From: an uncultured Oscillospiraceae bacterium
GTDB taxonomy: Bacteria > Bacillota > Clostridia > Oscillospirales > Ruminococcaceae
NCBI GenBank assembly: GCA_949741215.1
Contig: CATJLA010000101.1
Location: 5,355-69,354, forward strand
Direction of reading: 5' to 3'
Length of the DNA stretch: 64,000 nucleotides
Shown here: piece after piece, positions 43,917 through 52,794 of the stretch
How the letters are laid out: each line of letters opens with the position of its first letter
Numbering within the stretch: the first letter of the stretch is position 1
The notes under the pieces: generated by a model
Told to the model about the DNA's origin: nothing
Databases searched by the model: none
The model's input: the letters and a program-made list of their open reading frames with translations, nothing else
Translations under genes and position numbers: made by a program

Positions 43917-45785
43917 ATGAAAAAGTGGAATGCCAATCAAAAGCGGATAGCACGGATAGCGGCAGGGGGTATCGTTTTTGTGACGGGGCTGCTGATCCCG
44001 TTCTCCGGCTATTGGGTAAGGCTTGGGGTGTTCCTTGCCGCCTTTTTGCTGGCAGGGGGAGATGTTTTATGGAAGGCCGCCCGCAATATTGCTCATGGTC
44101 AGGTATTTGACGAAAATTTTTTGATGGCGATTGCTTCTGTTGGAGCGTTTATCATCGGCGAGTATCCCGAAGGGGTTGCCGTAATGCTGTTTTATCAGGT
44201 TGGGGAGCTGTTCCAGAGCATGGCGGTGGCAAAATCCCGGAAGTCGATTACGGATTTGATGGATATCCGCCCGGATTACGCCTATGTTCTGCGGGATGGC
44301 GAGCCGGAAAAGGTTGACCCCGATGAAGTGGAAATCGGGGAGCTGATCGTCATAAAGCCCGGAGAAAAGGTGCCGCTGGATGCCGAGGTAACCGAGGGGA
44401 GCTCCATGCTGGATACCGCCGCTTTAACCGGCGAGTCAGTCCCCAGAGAGGCAGGGCCTGGAGACGCTTTGTTAAGCGGGTGCATCAACCTGAACGGGGT
44501 GCTGACCGCCCGGGTAACCAAAGAGTATGGGGAATCCACTGTAAGCAAAATTTTGGATCTGGTGGAGAATGCAGGGAGCCTGAAATCCCGTTCGGAAAAC
44601 TTTATTACCAAATTTGCCCGGTATTACACCCCTGCGGTAGTCATTCTGGCTGTGCTGCTGGCAGTTATTCCGCCACTGGTGCTGCCGGGGGCTGCTTGGG
44701 CGGACTGGATATACCGTGCCCTTACCTTCCTGGTAATTTCCTGTCCCTGCGCGCTGGTAATCTCGGTGCCCCTTAGCTTCTTTGGCGGATTGGGGGCAGC
44801 CTCCCGCAGTGGAATTTTGGTTAAAGGCAGCAACTATCTGGAGGCGCTTGCCCAGGCGGAGATTGTAGTGTTCGACAAAACCGGCACCCTGACCCAGGGA
44901 GTTTTCCGGGTGCAGGAGATCCGGCCTGCAGTGGGCTCTCCGGAGCAGCTGCTGGAGCTGGCGGCTTATGCGGAAAGTTACTCCAACCATCCTATTTCCC
45001 TCTCGTTAAAGGAGGCTTATGGTAAAGGACTGGACAGCACACGGGTAACTGATGTGCAGGAGATTGCAGGCTGCGGCGTTGTCGCAAAGGTAGATGGCAG
45101 GCAGGTAGCTGCAGGCAACCAAAAGATGCTGGCAAGGCTCTCGTTACCGCAGCCGGAGGAGCATGCCGCCGGTACGGTTGTTTATGTAGCGGCAGAGGGG
45201 GTATATCAGGGCAGTATTTTAATTGCGGACCAAGTAAAGCCGGATGCAGCGGAGGCGATTCGCAGCCTGAAAAACGCAGGCGTTAGGCAAACCGTGATGC
45301 TTACCGGAGATACCAAAAGGATCGGGGAGCAGGTAGCCGGGCAGTTGGGGCTGGACCAAGCCTTTACCGAGCTGCTGCCGGGAGATAAGGTAGCAAAGGT
45401 GGAGGAGCTGTTTGCCCAAAAGACAGAAAAAGGAAAGCTTGTTTTTGTTGGCGACGGCATTAATGATGCTCCCGTGCTGGCGCGGGCAGATTTAGGCGCA
45501 GCTATGGGCGGCCTTGGGTCAGACGCAGCGATTGAGGCAGCGGATATTGTAATTATGACCGACGAACCCTCCCGGCTTGCAGATGCCATGGCAATTTCCC
45601 GCAGAACTATGGGGATTGTAAAAGAGAATATTGTGTTTGCCCTTGGGGTAAAGCTGCTGGTGCTGATTTTAGGCGCGGCAGGATATGCCTCCATGTGGGC
45701 GGCGGTTTTTGCGGATGTAGGCGTGTCGGTATTGGCTATCCTGAATGCCATGCGCGCCCTGAAAATAAAAAAGGAACCGGCCTGA
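43917..45785 (+). CDS. Heavy-metal translocating P1B-type ATPase (Zn/Cd/Pb-type)
   Basis: The motifs CPCALVISVP, DKTGTLT and VGDGINDAP are present. 622 aa. GGGAGG lies 8 nt upstream of the ATG. Confidence 0.9.
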   Translation: MKKWNANQKRIARIAAGGIVFVTGLLIPFSGYWVRLGVFLAAFLLAGGDVLWKAARNIAHGQVFDENFLMAIASVGAFIIGEYPEGVAVMLFYQVGELFQSMAVAKSRKSITDLMDIRPDYAYVLRDGEPEKVDPDEVEIGELIVIKPGEKVPLDAEVTEGSSMLDTAALTGESVPREAGPGDALLSGCINLNGVLTARVTKEYGESTVSKILDLVENAGSLKSRSENFITKFARYYTPAVVILAVLLAVIPPLVLPGAAWADWIYRALTFLVISCPCALVISVPLSFFGGLGAASRSGILVKGSNYLEALAQAEIVVFDKTGTLTQGVFRVQEIRPAVGSPEQLLELAAYAESYSNHPISLSLKEAYGKGLDSTRVTDVQEIAGCGVVAKVDGRQVAAGNQKMLARLSLPQPEEHAAGTVVYVAAEGVYQGSILIADQVKPDAAEAIRSLKNAGVRQTVMLTGDTKRIGEQVAGQLGLDQAFTELLPGDKVAKVEELFAQKTEKGKLVFVGDGINDAPVLARADLGAAMGGLGSDAAIEAADIVIMTDEPSRLADAMAISRRTMGIVKENIVFALGVKLLVLILGAAGYASMWAAVFADVGVSVLAILNAMRALKIKKEPA

Positions 45786-45845
45786 AGAAAAGGCACGGAA
45801 CATCGGCAATGCAGGACGTCGTGCAGGCCAGAGTGCAATACAAAG

Positions 45846-45899
45846 CAAAAAATTGCCCCGGAACCGGGAGGTAAAACTTCCGATTCCGGGGCAGTTTTA
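45846..45899. terminator. Bidirectional terminator between the ATPase gene and the convergent hypothetical gene
   Basis: AAAAAAT-TGCCCCGGAA, a loop, TTCCGGGGCA, then GTTTTAT. Confidence 0.8.
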
Positions 45900-45949
45900 T
45901 GCTTTTACAGGGGACGTGACAGCCGCTTTTTGTTCTGTGGGCCAAAGGT

Positions 45950-46555
45950 TTACAGCCCTTCCATTCTAAACTGGCGGAGACAGTAGGCGGCGGTGCGGCA
46001 AAGCTCTCCCATTTCTGCCAGGTCGTTGACATCGGGGGCTTTTCCAAACAGCAGATCATCCTGAAAGCTTTTGGTCAGCTCGATTTCCAAAAGATGCTGG
46101 CCGCCCTCCTCGCTTTGAGGGAAGCAGGACAACCTGCACTTTTTACTATCCCATTGCTGGGTAAGGCGGTTATCGGCAAATGCCAGCCTTACAAAGTCCG
46201 GGCGATTGCTGCGCACGCTGTACCGCTTGTTCAGCTCCGGATCGTCAAAGGTTACGGTAGAAAGCTCATCCCAATCCAGCTGGTCCATCCACTCTTGGGG
46301 GAGCTTGATCAGGCCGGCTTTTTTGCCTACCAGACGCAGCTCGTCCTCCAGGGGCAAAACGGTGCTGACACATCCCCGCCCGTTGGCGCCATACTGAGCC
46401 CGATAGTCCACCCGGAAAGTGTACAGCAGAGGATAATCCCCCGGCTGGTAAAGGCTGCAGGGCAGTCTATCCTGATAGCTGCAGCCAAAAAAGGTGCCGC
46501 CGGTTTTGCTGTACAGCTGATACAAGCACTGATTCCACAAGCCAAAATATGCCAT
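45950..46555 (-). CDS. Hypothetical protein (201 aa), no recognisable domain
   Basis: Intact ORF with AGGAGGAG upstream of the ATG. Composition is like neighbouring genes. No motif I can name. Confidence 0.55.
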   Translation of the reverse strand: MAYFGLWNQCLYQLYSKTGGTFFGCSYQDRLPCSLYQPGDYPLLYTFRVDYRAQYGANGRGCVSTVLPLEDELRLVGKKAGLIKLPQEWMDQLDWDELSTVTFDDPELNKRYSVRSNRPDFVRLAFADNRLTQQWDSKKCRLSCFPQSEEGGQHLLEIELTKSFQDDLLFGKAPDVNDLAEMGELCRTAAYCLRQFRMEGL

Positions 46556-46735
46556 AATGCTCCTCCTTTTGCCAAAATGTATGAAAATCTATTTATTTGA
46601 ATTATACATCAAGATATATTTTGTGTCAATATATTATATTGCGACGTAGTGCGTCATTTAGGCTTCATTTCCCCTATTTTTGTCCGAAAAGCTGCCAACC
46701 AAAGCAGGGGCATTCTTTGCTATAAAAAGAACAAT

Positions 46736-46751
46736 TGTTTCACGTGAAACA
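46736..46751. other. parS centromere-like site (ParB/Spo0J binding)
   Basis: A second exact TGTTTCACGTGAAACA. It is intergenic, just after the terminator of the 46828..48780 gene. Confidence 0.85.
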
Positions 46752-46760
46752 TTTTTTGCA

Positions 46761-46803
46761 AAAATAAAAAGCCCGCAGCCTGACAGATCATCAAACCGCG
46801 GGT
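46761..46803 (-). terminator. Rho-independent terminator after the 658-aa hydrolase gene
   Basis: Minus strand: ACCCGCGG, a loop, CTGCGGGCT, then TTTTATTTTT. Confidence 0.65.
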
Positions 46804-46827
46804 CTATTCATCCGGCTATGGCAAGGC

Positions 46828-48780
46828 TTACCGCTTTAACTCATAATAATCAAAGTACTCCAACATCCCGGGCACCAGCACCGGCAGGGTGTTGTCATAT
46901 TGAAACAGCGAATCCCCCAAATACCGCTCTTCTACGCTTTCCAGCAGGTTCTCGCCATATTCTACCCCAACCTTCTCGTTCAGGAAAGCGGCCATCACCC
47001 CATAAACACCGCACGCCCCCTCACAATACAGGGTAATATCCTTCTCTGCTATGCCAAACTCCGTGTGCAGAAACTCCACCGCACGCAGCACGTCATAGCA
47101 CCGCATAGCAGCCATACTGTCCCCCATAAACATCAAATTGCAGGCCAGTGTATACAGCGTTCCATAAGCGCCCTTGTAGGAGGCCCCAAACACCATCTCC
47201 CGCTGCTCAATGTTCCCCACGCCGGGCACATCCAGCACAAACACCTGCTTTCCGGCCTCACACTGCGCCCGAATCCACTGCTCATGGGCACTGATAGCCT
47301 TGGTGCCGTCCTCCCAAACCGCCAGCACAGTGGGAAGGGCGGTTTGCTGCTCCCATGCTTCCGGCTTGATGATCACGCCGTAGGCAAACAATCGCTGCTG
47401 CGTCCAAAAGCTGACACTGGTACCCATAAAGCCCCCCACCTGTGTACAGGCGGATTTGGGAAACACCCGCGGGTTCAGCTCCACCGGCAGACGGTTGTGG
47501 AAAACCTTGTTCTCAAGCCACTTTTGGGCACGCTGCTTCCGTTCGGCCTCCGGCAGGGCCAGCCGCTTTTTACGCAGCTCTGCCGCATATTCCCGAATCT
47601 GCTCCGGAGTCAGCTGGGCGTCGGGAATACTTTCGCCCACATTGCCGGTTTGGGTGGCGTACATTTTTTCCGGAGGCAGGGGAATAAAACTGCTGTTATC
47701 CACCGTAACCTTTTTGCCCAAAAACACCTCCGAGAAGAACTCCGCTGCCCAAACCGCCAGCTGGGGGGTATAAGAGTGGGTATAATTGTCCTCGTACAGA
47801 CGAATGTTCTCCTTGCAGCCAAGCATTTCGTAAAAGCGCTGGGCGGTGCGGAAGGTTTCCCGGGTTCCCTCAATGGGAAAAAAGTCACATTTTACTGCCA
47901 AAATTGCCGCCGGGCGGGGGGCAAACAGCAAAAACGGGTTCACATGATCAAACCCTTTTTCTGCCACGCCCTGCCAGATCTGCTCTGAATCCTGGGCCTG
48001 GCCCTGGTACATATACTCCCGCCGGGAGGTGACGTAGGTGCCGGGAGCAGCCGCTGCAATCCGTTTATCCACTGCCATAATCGCCGTGGTTTGGGTGCCG
48101 CCGCCGCTATTGCCGGTAACCCCAATTCGCTTTGGGTCTATTTCCGGACGGGTAAGCATGTAATCTACCGCGCGGAGCTCGTCACAGAGGAAATAACGCT
48201 GCAGATAGCTCCCGGCAGCTACTGCGGGAATACCACAGGCATCATGATCCGAGGTTGTGCGGTTGATTCGATAGCTTTTGGTCGCAGAATCATAAAAATT
48301 CCCCCGCTCGCCCTGGCCTAAAGGGTCTATGGCAAAAACAATCATGCCGGCCTTTACCAGGGTGTAGCAAACCCGCTGATAATCCTCATCCATCCTGCCC
48401 TCGCTGGAGTGGCCGCAAACAAACAGCACCGCCGGCCCCGGCAAAGTGATCCCCTTAGGGATGTACAAAGACGCAGTGACGTAAGTGTGAGGACGAGAAC
48501 GGAAAAGAATCGACTCTATAGTATACTCGCCCATATCCAGGATATGGGCAGTCTGAGGATCCAATGTAACATCTGTTACAATCTCCCCCCCAATAGCCTG
48601 ATCGAACGCCTGCTGCATTTCATCATTGTATCGGGCAAGCTGCTCTGGGGTTTGAATTTTTTCTCTTGCTTCGTCTGCCTTATCGAACATTTTCTCCTGC
48701 TGACGGTAGATAAAATCCTTCAGCTGCTCGTAAGAGGTGCGGTTATAGTGATGAGACATCCGGTCAAATACTTCAAACAT
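46828..48780 (-). CDS. Alpha/beta hydrolase (acetyl-xylan-esterase / peptidase S9-like)
   Basis: GVTGNSGGGTQT nucleophile elbow (GxSxG) and a long N-terminal domain. I chose the start at MFEVFDR. The track ORF is 8 codons longer. Confidence 0.7.
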   Translation of the reverse strand: MFEVFDRMSHHYNRTSYEQLKDFIYRQQEKMFDKADEAREKIQTPEQLARYNDEMQQAFDQAIGGEIVTDVTLDPQTAHILDMGEYTIESILFRSRPHTYVTASLYIPKGITLPGPAVLFVCGHSSEGRMDEDYQRVCYTLVKAGMIVFAIDPLGQGERGNFYDSATKSYRINRTTSDHDACGIPAVAAGSYLQRYFLCDELRAVDYMLTRPEIDPKRIGVTGNSGGGTQTTAIMAVDKRIAAAAPGTYVTSRREYMYQGQAQDSEQIWQGVAEKGFDHVNPFLLFAPRPAAILAVKCDFFPIEGTRETFRTAQRFYEMLGCKENIRLYEDNYTHSYTPQLAVWAAEFFSEVFLGKKVTVDNSSFIPLPPEKMYATQTGNVGESIPDAQLTPEQIREYAAELRKKRLALPEAERKQRAQKWLENKVFHNRLPVELNPRVFPKSACTQVGGFMGTSVSFWTQQRLFAYGVIIKPEAWEQQTALPTVLAVWEDGTKAISAHEQWIRAQCEAGKQVFVLDVPGVGNIEQREMVFGASYKGAYGTLYTLACNLMFMGDSMAAMRCYDVLRAVEFLHTEFGIAEKDITLYCEGACGVYGVMAAFLNEKVGVEYGENLLESVEERYLGDSLFQYDNTLPVLVPGMLEYFDYYELKR

Positions 48781-49085
48781 AGGCTGGGCTCCATTCTGCC
48801 GCAACGGCTTTTTCCAACATCATTTTTTGCTTTTATGACGTCGCCTGGCTTTGCGCTTGGGCCCAGGCTCTTCTCCTTAGGAAAGCCTGGAGAGGGCCTG
48901 AAAAACAGGGGGGATGCGCGACGTCCGCTAAAAAAGCTTACTGCCTATGATTATACTGATTTTTGGGTGGATTGTACAGGAATTCCAGGCAAAGTGCTTT
49001 AATTTTTATGGCTTTGCGGGGATTTTGCAGAGCATGCCGGTAAGACAAAAAAGAGCCTGCCGAACGCTTTCGGCAAGCTCTTGGA

Positions 49086-49445
49086 TTATTCATGTTCCAT
49101 GTGGGTAAGCGCCAGCTCGATAATATCGGTAACGTGCTGATCATCCAGGCTGTAGAAGATATTGATGCCCTCCCGCCGGGCCTTGACAATTTTACTCTGC
49201 CGCAAAGAGCTGAGCTGGTGGGAAACCGCTGATTTCGTCATGCCCATCACATGAGCCAGGTCCGTTACGCAAAGCTCCCGCTTATCCAGCGCCAGAACAA
49301 TACGGGTGCGGGTAGGGTCCCCAAGCATTTTGAACAAGGCGGCTACCGAGTGCAGCAGCTCGTCCGGCAGCATGGCGGCTTTGGCCTGCTTTACCAGTGC
49401 CTCGTTTACCACGGCGCCCTCCGCATTTTCTGGTCTTTCCATCAC
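49086..49445 (-). CDS. ArsR/SmtB-family metalloregulatory transcription factor
   Basis: LFKMLGDPTRTRIVLAL...ELCVTDLAHVMGMTKSAVSHQLSSLRQSKIV...FYSL, with C-terminal His residues (HVTDIIELALTHMEHE). Confidence 0.88.
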   Translation of the reverse strand: MMERPENAEGAVVNEALVKQAKAAMLPDELLHSVAALFKMLGDPTRTRIVLALDKRELCVTDLAHVMGMTKSAVSHQLSSLRQSKIVKARREGINIFYSLDDQHVTDIIELALTHMEHE

Positions 49446-49562
49446 ATTCCCGGTCCTTTCGCCTCAAATTCGTAACACTTTTAGTATAGACGATTTTTCC
49501 AACCGCTGTCAAGGTAAAATTCCAAAGGTTTTTGCAGGGTCCAATTCCCTCCCCAAAAAAGA

Positions 49563-49591
49563 TTGACAAAAAAGGAAATATCGGATATAAT
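49563..49591 (+). promoter_or_regulatory. Sigma-A promoter for tRNA-Ser
   Basis: TTGACA, a 17-nt spacer, then TATAAT. It lies about 20 nt upstream of the tRNA 5' end. Confidence 0.8.
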
Positions 49592-49610
49592 AATAAAGCA
49601 ATATTGTTAT

Positions 49611-49699
49611 GGAGAGATGGCTGAGCTGGTCTAAGGCGCACGACTGGAAATCGTGTTCAGGCTAATACCCTGACAAGGGTTCGAATCCCTTTCTCTCCG
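49611..49699 (+). tRNA. tRNA-Ser (anticodon GGA), no encoded CCA
   Basis: Acceptor GGAGAGA/TCTCTCC, D-arm, anticodon loop CUGGAAA, long variable arm and T-loop GGTTCGAATCC. Confidence 0.9.
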
Positions 49700-49707
49700 C
49701 TTTGCAT

Positions 49708-49756
49708 AACCGCTGATTTGAACCGCTTTGTTAGGGGAATCAGCGGTTGTTTTTAT
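49708..49756 (+). terminator. Terminator after tRNA-Ser
   Basis: AACCGCTGATT, a loop, AATCAGCGGTT, then GTTTTTAT. Confidence 0.8.
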
Positions 49757-49859
49757 GTTTTAGGCATTGAAGTAGCTGCCCCATCTTCCTTATTTTCTCT
49801 GAAAAGCCATCGGAGAGGGCTTTTGGGCTATGTACATAGCACGGCCGAAGCCTAAAAAC
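49757..49859. repeat. Non-coding repeat family, copy C (short form, ~103 nt)
   Basis: Core CATTGAAGTAGCTGCCCCATCTTCCTTATTTTCTCTGAAAAGCCATCGGAGAGGGC...GCACGGCCGAAGCC. GTTTTAGGC (49757-49765) can pair with GCCTAAAAAC (49850-49859). It has the same orientation as copies A and B. Confidence 0.7.
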
Positions 49860-49891
49860 GCACAGTTATTTGTGGAAAAGGACTTGATTTT

Positions 49892-50605
49892 ATGATACAA
49901 ACAAAACGTTTTTGGGGCATTTTGGTCTTGCTTTGGGCCATTTTGATAGCGCTTTTACTGGCTTTTACAGAACCTTGGGCAGAAAATGAGCCTGATGATC
50001 GCAGTGCCGTCAAAAAAATTATAGCGGATTTACCTTCATATCAGGCGCAAATACAGCAGTGGGACGTGACTGCCGCGGTATATCTCGTGCCAAAGGAGGA
50101 GCCTGAAGATTGGCTTGGAAAACGGTATTGTTGGGCAAAAATCTCCCAGCCGGTGCTTACTTTAACCAATGAAAACGGCGGAACCTGGTGCTTTTATACC
50201 GGCTTTGATCAATATGTAGAGGAGAAAATTGTAGAAGATGATGAAAACGGGGAGAAAACTGTCACTTTGGTTATTAAAAAGAGACAGATAGAAAAGCCTC
50301 CCAGATGGGAAAATACGGAAAAAGATCCGGAGAGCTCCCGGTATTATGACGTGGAGGTTTCCGTAATTGTAAAGCCCGGAGAGGAGAGCTGGTCGGATCA
50401 AAGCTGGTATCATACTTATTACTCCAGCAGTAATTTTACCGAATGCAAATATTATTTCGGTGATGCATGGGTGGATATGGACAAGAAAAACCGGAACAAT
50501 GACCAGCATATCAAAAAGTGGTACACAGATCAGGAGATGTTGGAGGCTTATCGGAGAGGGCTGGAACTGGGGGAGCTGTTACGTCAGCTAAGCTTGGAAG
50601 AATAG
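49892..50605 (+). CDS. Hypothetical membrane-anchored protein
   Basis: N-terminal TM KRFWGILVLLWAILIALLLAF, then an acidic, Trp/Tyr-rich soluble domain. No family recognised. Confidence 0.6.
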   Translation: MIQTKRFWGILVLLWAILIALLLAFTEPWAENEPDDRSAVKKIIADLPSYQAQIQQWDVTAAVYLVPKEEPEDWLGKRYCWAKISQPVLTLTNENGGTWCFYTGFDQYVEEKIVEDDENGEKTVTLVIKKRQIEKPPRWENTEKDPESSRYYDVEVSVIVKPGEESWSDQSWYHTYYSSSNFTECKYYFGDAWVDMDKKNRNNDQHIKKWYTDQEMLEAYRRGLELGELLRQLSLEE

Positions 50606-50720
50606 CCGTATGGCCTCAGTTTGCTGACGGACGGGAATTTTATGATGCAGCGACACGCAGCTGTCACGTCCCCGCAAAGGGCAAAAAAGCCCGTACCTGC
50701 AAAGATACGGGCGGAGTGGT

Positions 50721-51794
50721 TCAGGCAAGGTCGTAGGGAGAAAAAACATAGCCTTGCTGGCGGCAGGTGTCAATAAAGTCCCCTAAAATATCGCAGTTAT
50801 CTTTGGAAACAGCATGGAGAAGGTAGATCGCCCCTGGATGAATTCCCTGGGTGGTTTTTTCCAAAGCGGCGGTGGCTCCCATCTGGTTGTTGGTTTCCCA
50901 GTCCCGGTAGGCAAAGGACCAGAACACCGACCGGTACCCCAGCGACTGCAGCAGCGCCAGATCCTGCTCGTTAAATTCCCCCATGGGGAAGCGGAACAGG
51001 TTCATTTCGTAGTCAAACTGCTCTTTTACCAGGTTATGCAGCTTCATCACCTCCTCGGTGGCCTTATCCAGGGAAACCCCGGGGAAGGATGGGTGACTAT
51101 AGCTGTGATTGCCCACCTGGTGCCCCTCGTCAATCATCCGGCGCACTAAGTCCGGATTACGGTTTACATAGTCATAGGTAACAAAAAAGACCGCCTGCAC
51201 CTGCTTTTCTTTTAGCGTATCCAGCAGCTTTTCGGTATAGCGCTGAGGGGTTTCATAGCCTTCGTCAAAGGTTAAGTATATTTTTTCGCTGTCCGGAGCG
51301 ATAAAGTCGGCAGCATATTTGCCGTATTTTTCCTGGTAGGCAATCGCACCCTGAGAGCGGTTGCGGTCATCCTTTGGGCCGCCGGGCCCCCAGCCCAGTT
51401 TTGTACTGTCCAGAGCACCGATTTGGGTAAAATCGGTGCTCATGGCAGGAACAGACTCGCTGCCGGAGGAATCAGAGGCTCCGGAGGAGCTTTCCGAATC
51501 TTCACTGGAAGAAGAGTCAGAGCCGGAAGAATCAGACGGACCGGAAGAACTGTCCGAGCTGTTGGACGATCCAGAGCTATCGGAAGAAGAATCGGAGCTA
51601 TCAGAACTACTGGAACTGGAGCTGCTGGAGCTTGTACTGCTGGAGCTGGAAGTAGAACTGGAGCTGGAGCTTGTGCTGGAGCTCTTAGATGAGCTGGAGC
51701 TGTTTACATCCCGGCTGCAGGAAGTACATCCGGAAAAGACTGCCACAGAGCAGGCCAGAACGCCGGCCAGCAGCAGCATTTTGAAAGACTTCAT
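50721..51794 (-). CDS. Polysaccharide deacetylase (NodB domain, PdaA-like) lipoprotein with Ser-rich linker
   Basis: Lipobox-like VFSGC, an ~85-aa Ser/Asp-rich tract, then NodB motifs LTFDEGY and GNHSYSHP. Confidence 0.85.
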   Translation of the reverse strand: MKSFKMLLLAGVLACSVAVFSGCTSCSRDVNSSSSSKSSSTSSSSSSTSSSSSTSSSSSSSSSSDSSDSSSDSSGSSNSSDSSSGPSDSSGSDSSSSEDSESSSGASDSSGSESVPAMSTDFTQIGALDSTKLGWGPGGPKDDRNRSQGAIAYQEKYGKYAADFIAPDSEKIYLTFDEGYETPQRYTEKLLDTLKEKQVQAVFFVTYDYVNRNPDLVRRMIDEGHQVGNHSYSHPSFPGVSLDKATEEVMKLHNLVKEQFDYEMNLFRFPMGEFNEQDLALLQSLGYRSVFWSFAYRDWETNNQMGATAALEKTTQGIHPGAIYLLHAVSKDNCDILGDFIDTCRQQGYVFSPYDLA

Positions 51795-52072
51795 AGGTTT
51801 TTTCCTCCATTTCGGATATTTTTTCCCTTGGGAGTGCTTTCCCCGGTAGGCCCAGGGAACCGCTTCCTTCCATAGTTTGTGTGCTTTGGGGCAATTTATA
51901 CAGGGTGTTTTCGGTTTTCCCGGTTTTACTGGTTTTCTACCTTATTCTACACCGGCTTTTAGGACGCAGCTGCGTCCGGAAAGCTTTGTGCATAAAGGCA
52001 GGCTGCCACACAAATAGTATAGCATAAAACGACAGCTTTTGACATCCCGGGCATACAAAAAAGCTTTGATGA

Positions 52073-52534
52073 TTACCGGTTTAACAGATAGATGCCAAAG
52101 TTAAGGTATCCCGCAAAGGTTACCCACAGGATATAAGGAATCAATAAAAGCGCTGCCGTCCGGGAAACCTGCCAGAACAGCAGAATGGTTAAAAAAATTA
52201 ACAGCCACAGAACAATCAGCAGCACAAAGGCGGGCAGAAACATCCCCAGGCTGAAAAACAGGATGGGCCATAAAAAATTAACCGCCAGCTGCACCCCATA
52301 CACCCGCAAAGCTGTATGATTGGGACTTTGCATCATCACCAGATAGCAGGCAAAGCCCATGATCAGGTAAAGCACGGTCCACGCTGCGGGGAATACCCAT
52401 CCGGGCGGGGTAAGAGGCGGCTTCTGCAGCGCTTCAAAGGCTTCCATCCCGTTGTGGGAAATCAGCCCCGCCAAACCGCCCACAAGCAAAGGCAGCAGCA
52501 GGCAGGGAATCAGCTTTTTCCATTGAATTCTCAA
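52073..52534 (-). CDS. tspO: TspO/MBR family tryptophan-rich sensory protein
   Basis: KPPLTPPGWVFPAAWTVLYLIMGFACYLV...LAVNFLWPILFF. Five TM helices. I chose the TTG start at 52534, 5 nt after GAGGTGA. The track start is 52555. Confidence 0.8.
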   Translation of the reverse strand: MRIQWKKLIPCLLLPLLVGGLAGLISHNGMEAFEALQKPPLTPPGWVFPAAWTVLYLIMGFACYLVMMQSPNHTALRVYGVQLAVNFLWPILFFSLGMFLPAFVLLIVLWLLIFLTILLFWQVSRTAALLLIPYILWVTFAGYLNFGIYLLNR

Positions 52535-52715
52535 AAAAATCACCTCACAGCACATTGTGCGCGAATGCTTCCCTCTCTATTCCAGGCAGCTACTTCCAGC
52601 CTGGCGTTGGGACGTTGCGCAGGCCTGCGGTGCAAAGCTCTGTTTCAAAGTATAAAGCATATTTTTTGCGCAAAGCATCGGGACGTCCGGCAAAAAAACT
52701 GGCAGAAATTTGTGC

Positions 52716-52769
52716 TTGACAGGGCTGGTCTATTGTGATAGACTTGCGTTAGGTCGATAATTATAGACC
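52716..52769 (+). promoter_or_regulatory. Candidate promoter and operators of the blaI/blaR1-like operon
   Basis: TTGACA (52716-52721), a 17-nt spacer, then TAGACT. The palindromes GGTCTATtgtgATAGAC (52727-52743) and GGTCGATAATTATAGACC (52752-52769) overlap and follow the -10. Confidence 0.55.
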
Positions 52770-52794
52770 AACAAGTGGGGAAGGGAAGGAAATC

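Noticed and set aside
51901-51940. Reiterated GGTTTT(C/A) units upstream of the deacetylase gene, considered as phased bending tracts.
   Set aside because: Spacings are about 7, 8 and 10 bp, which is not helical phasing, unlike the tract at 32892-32950.
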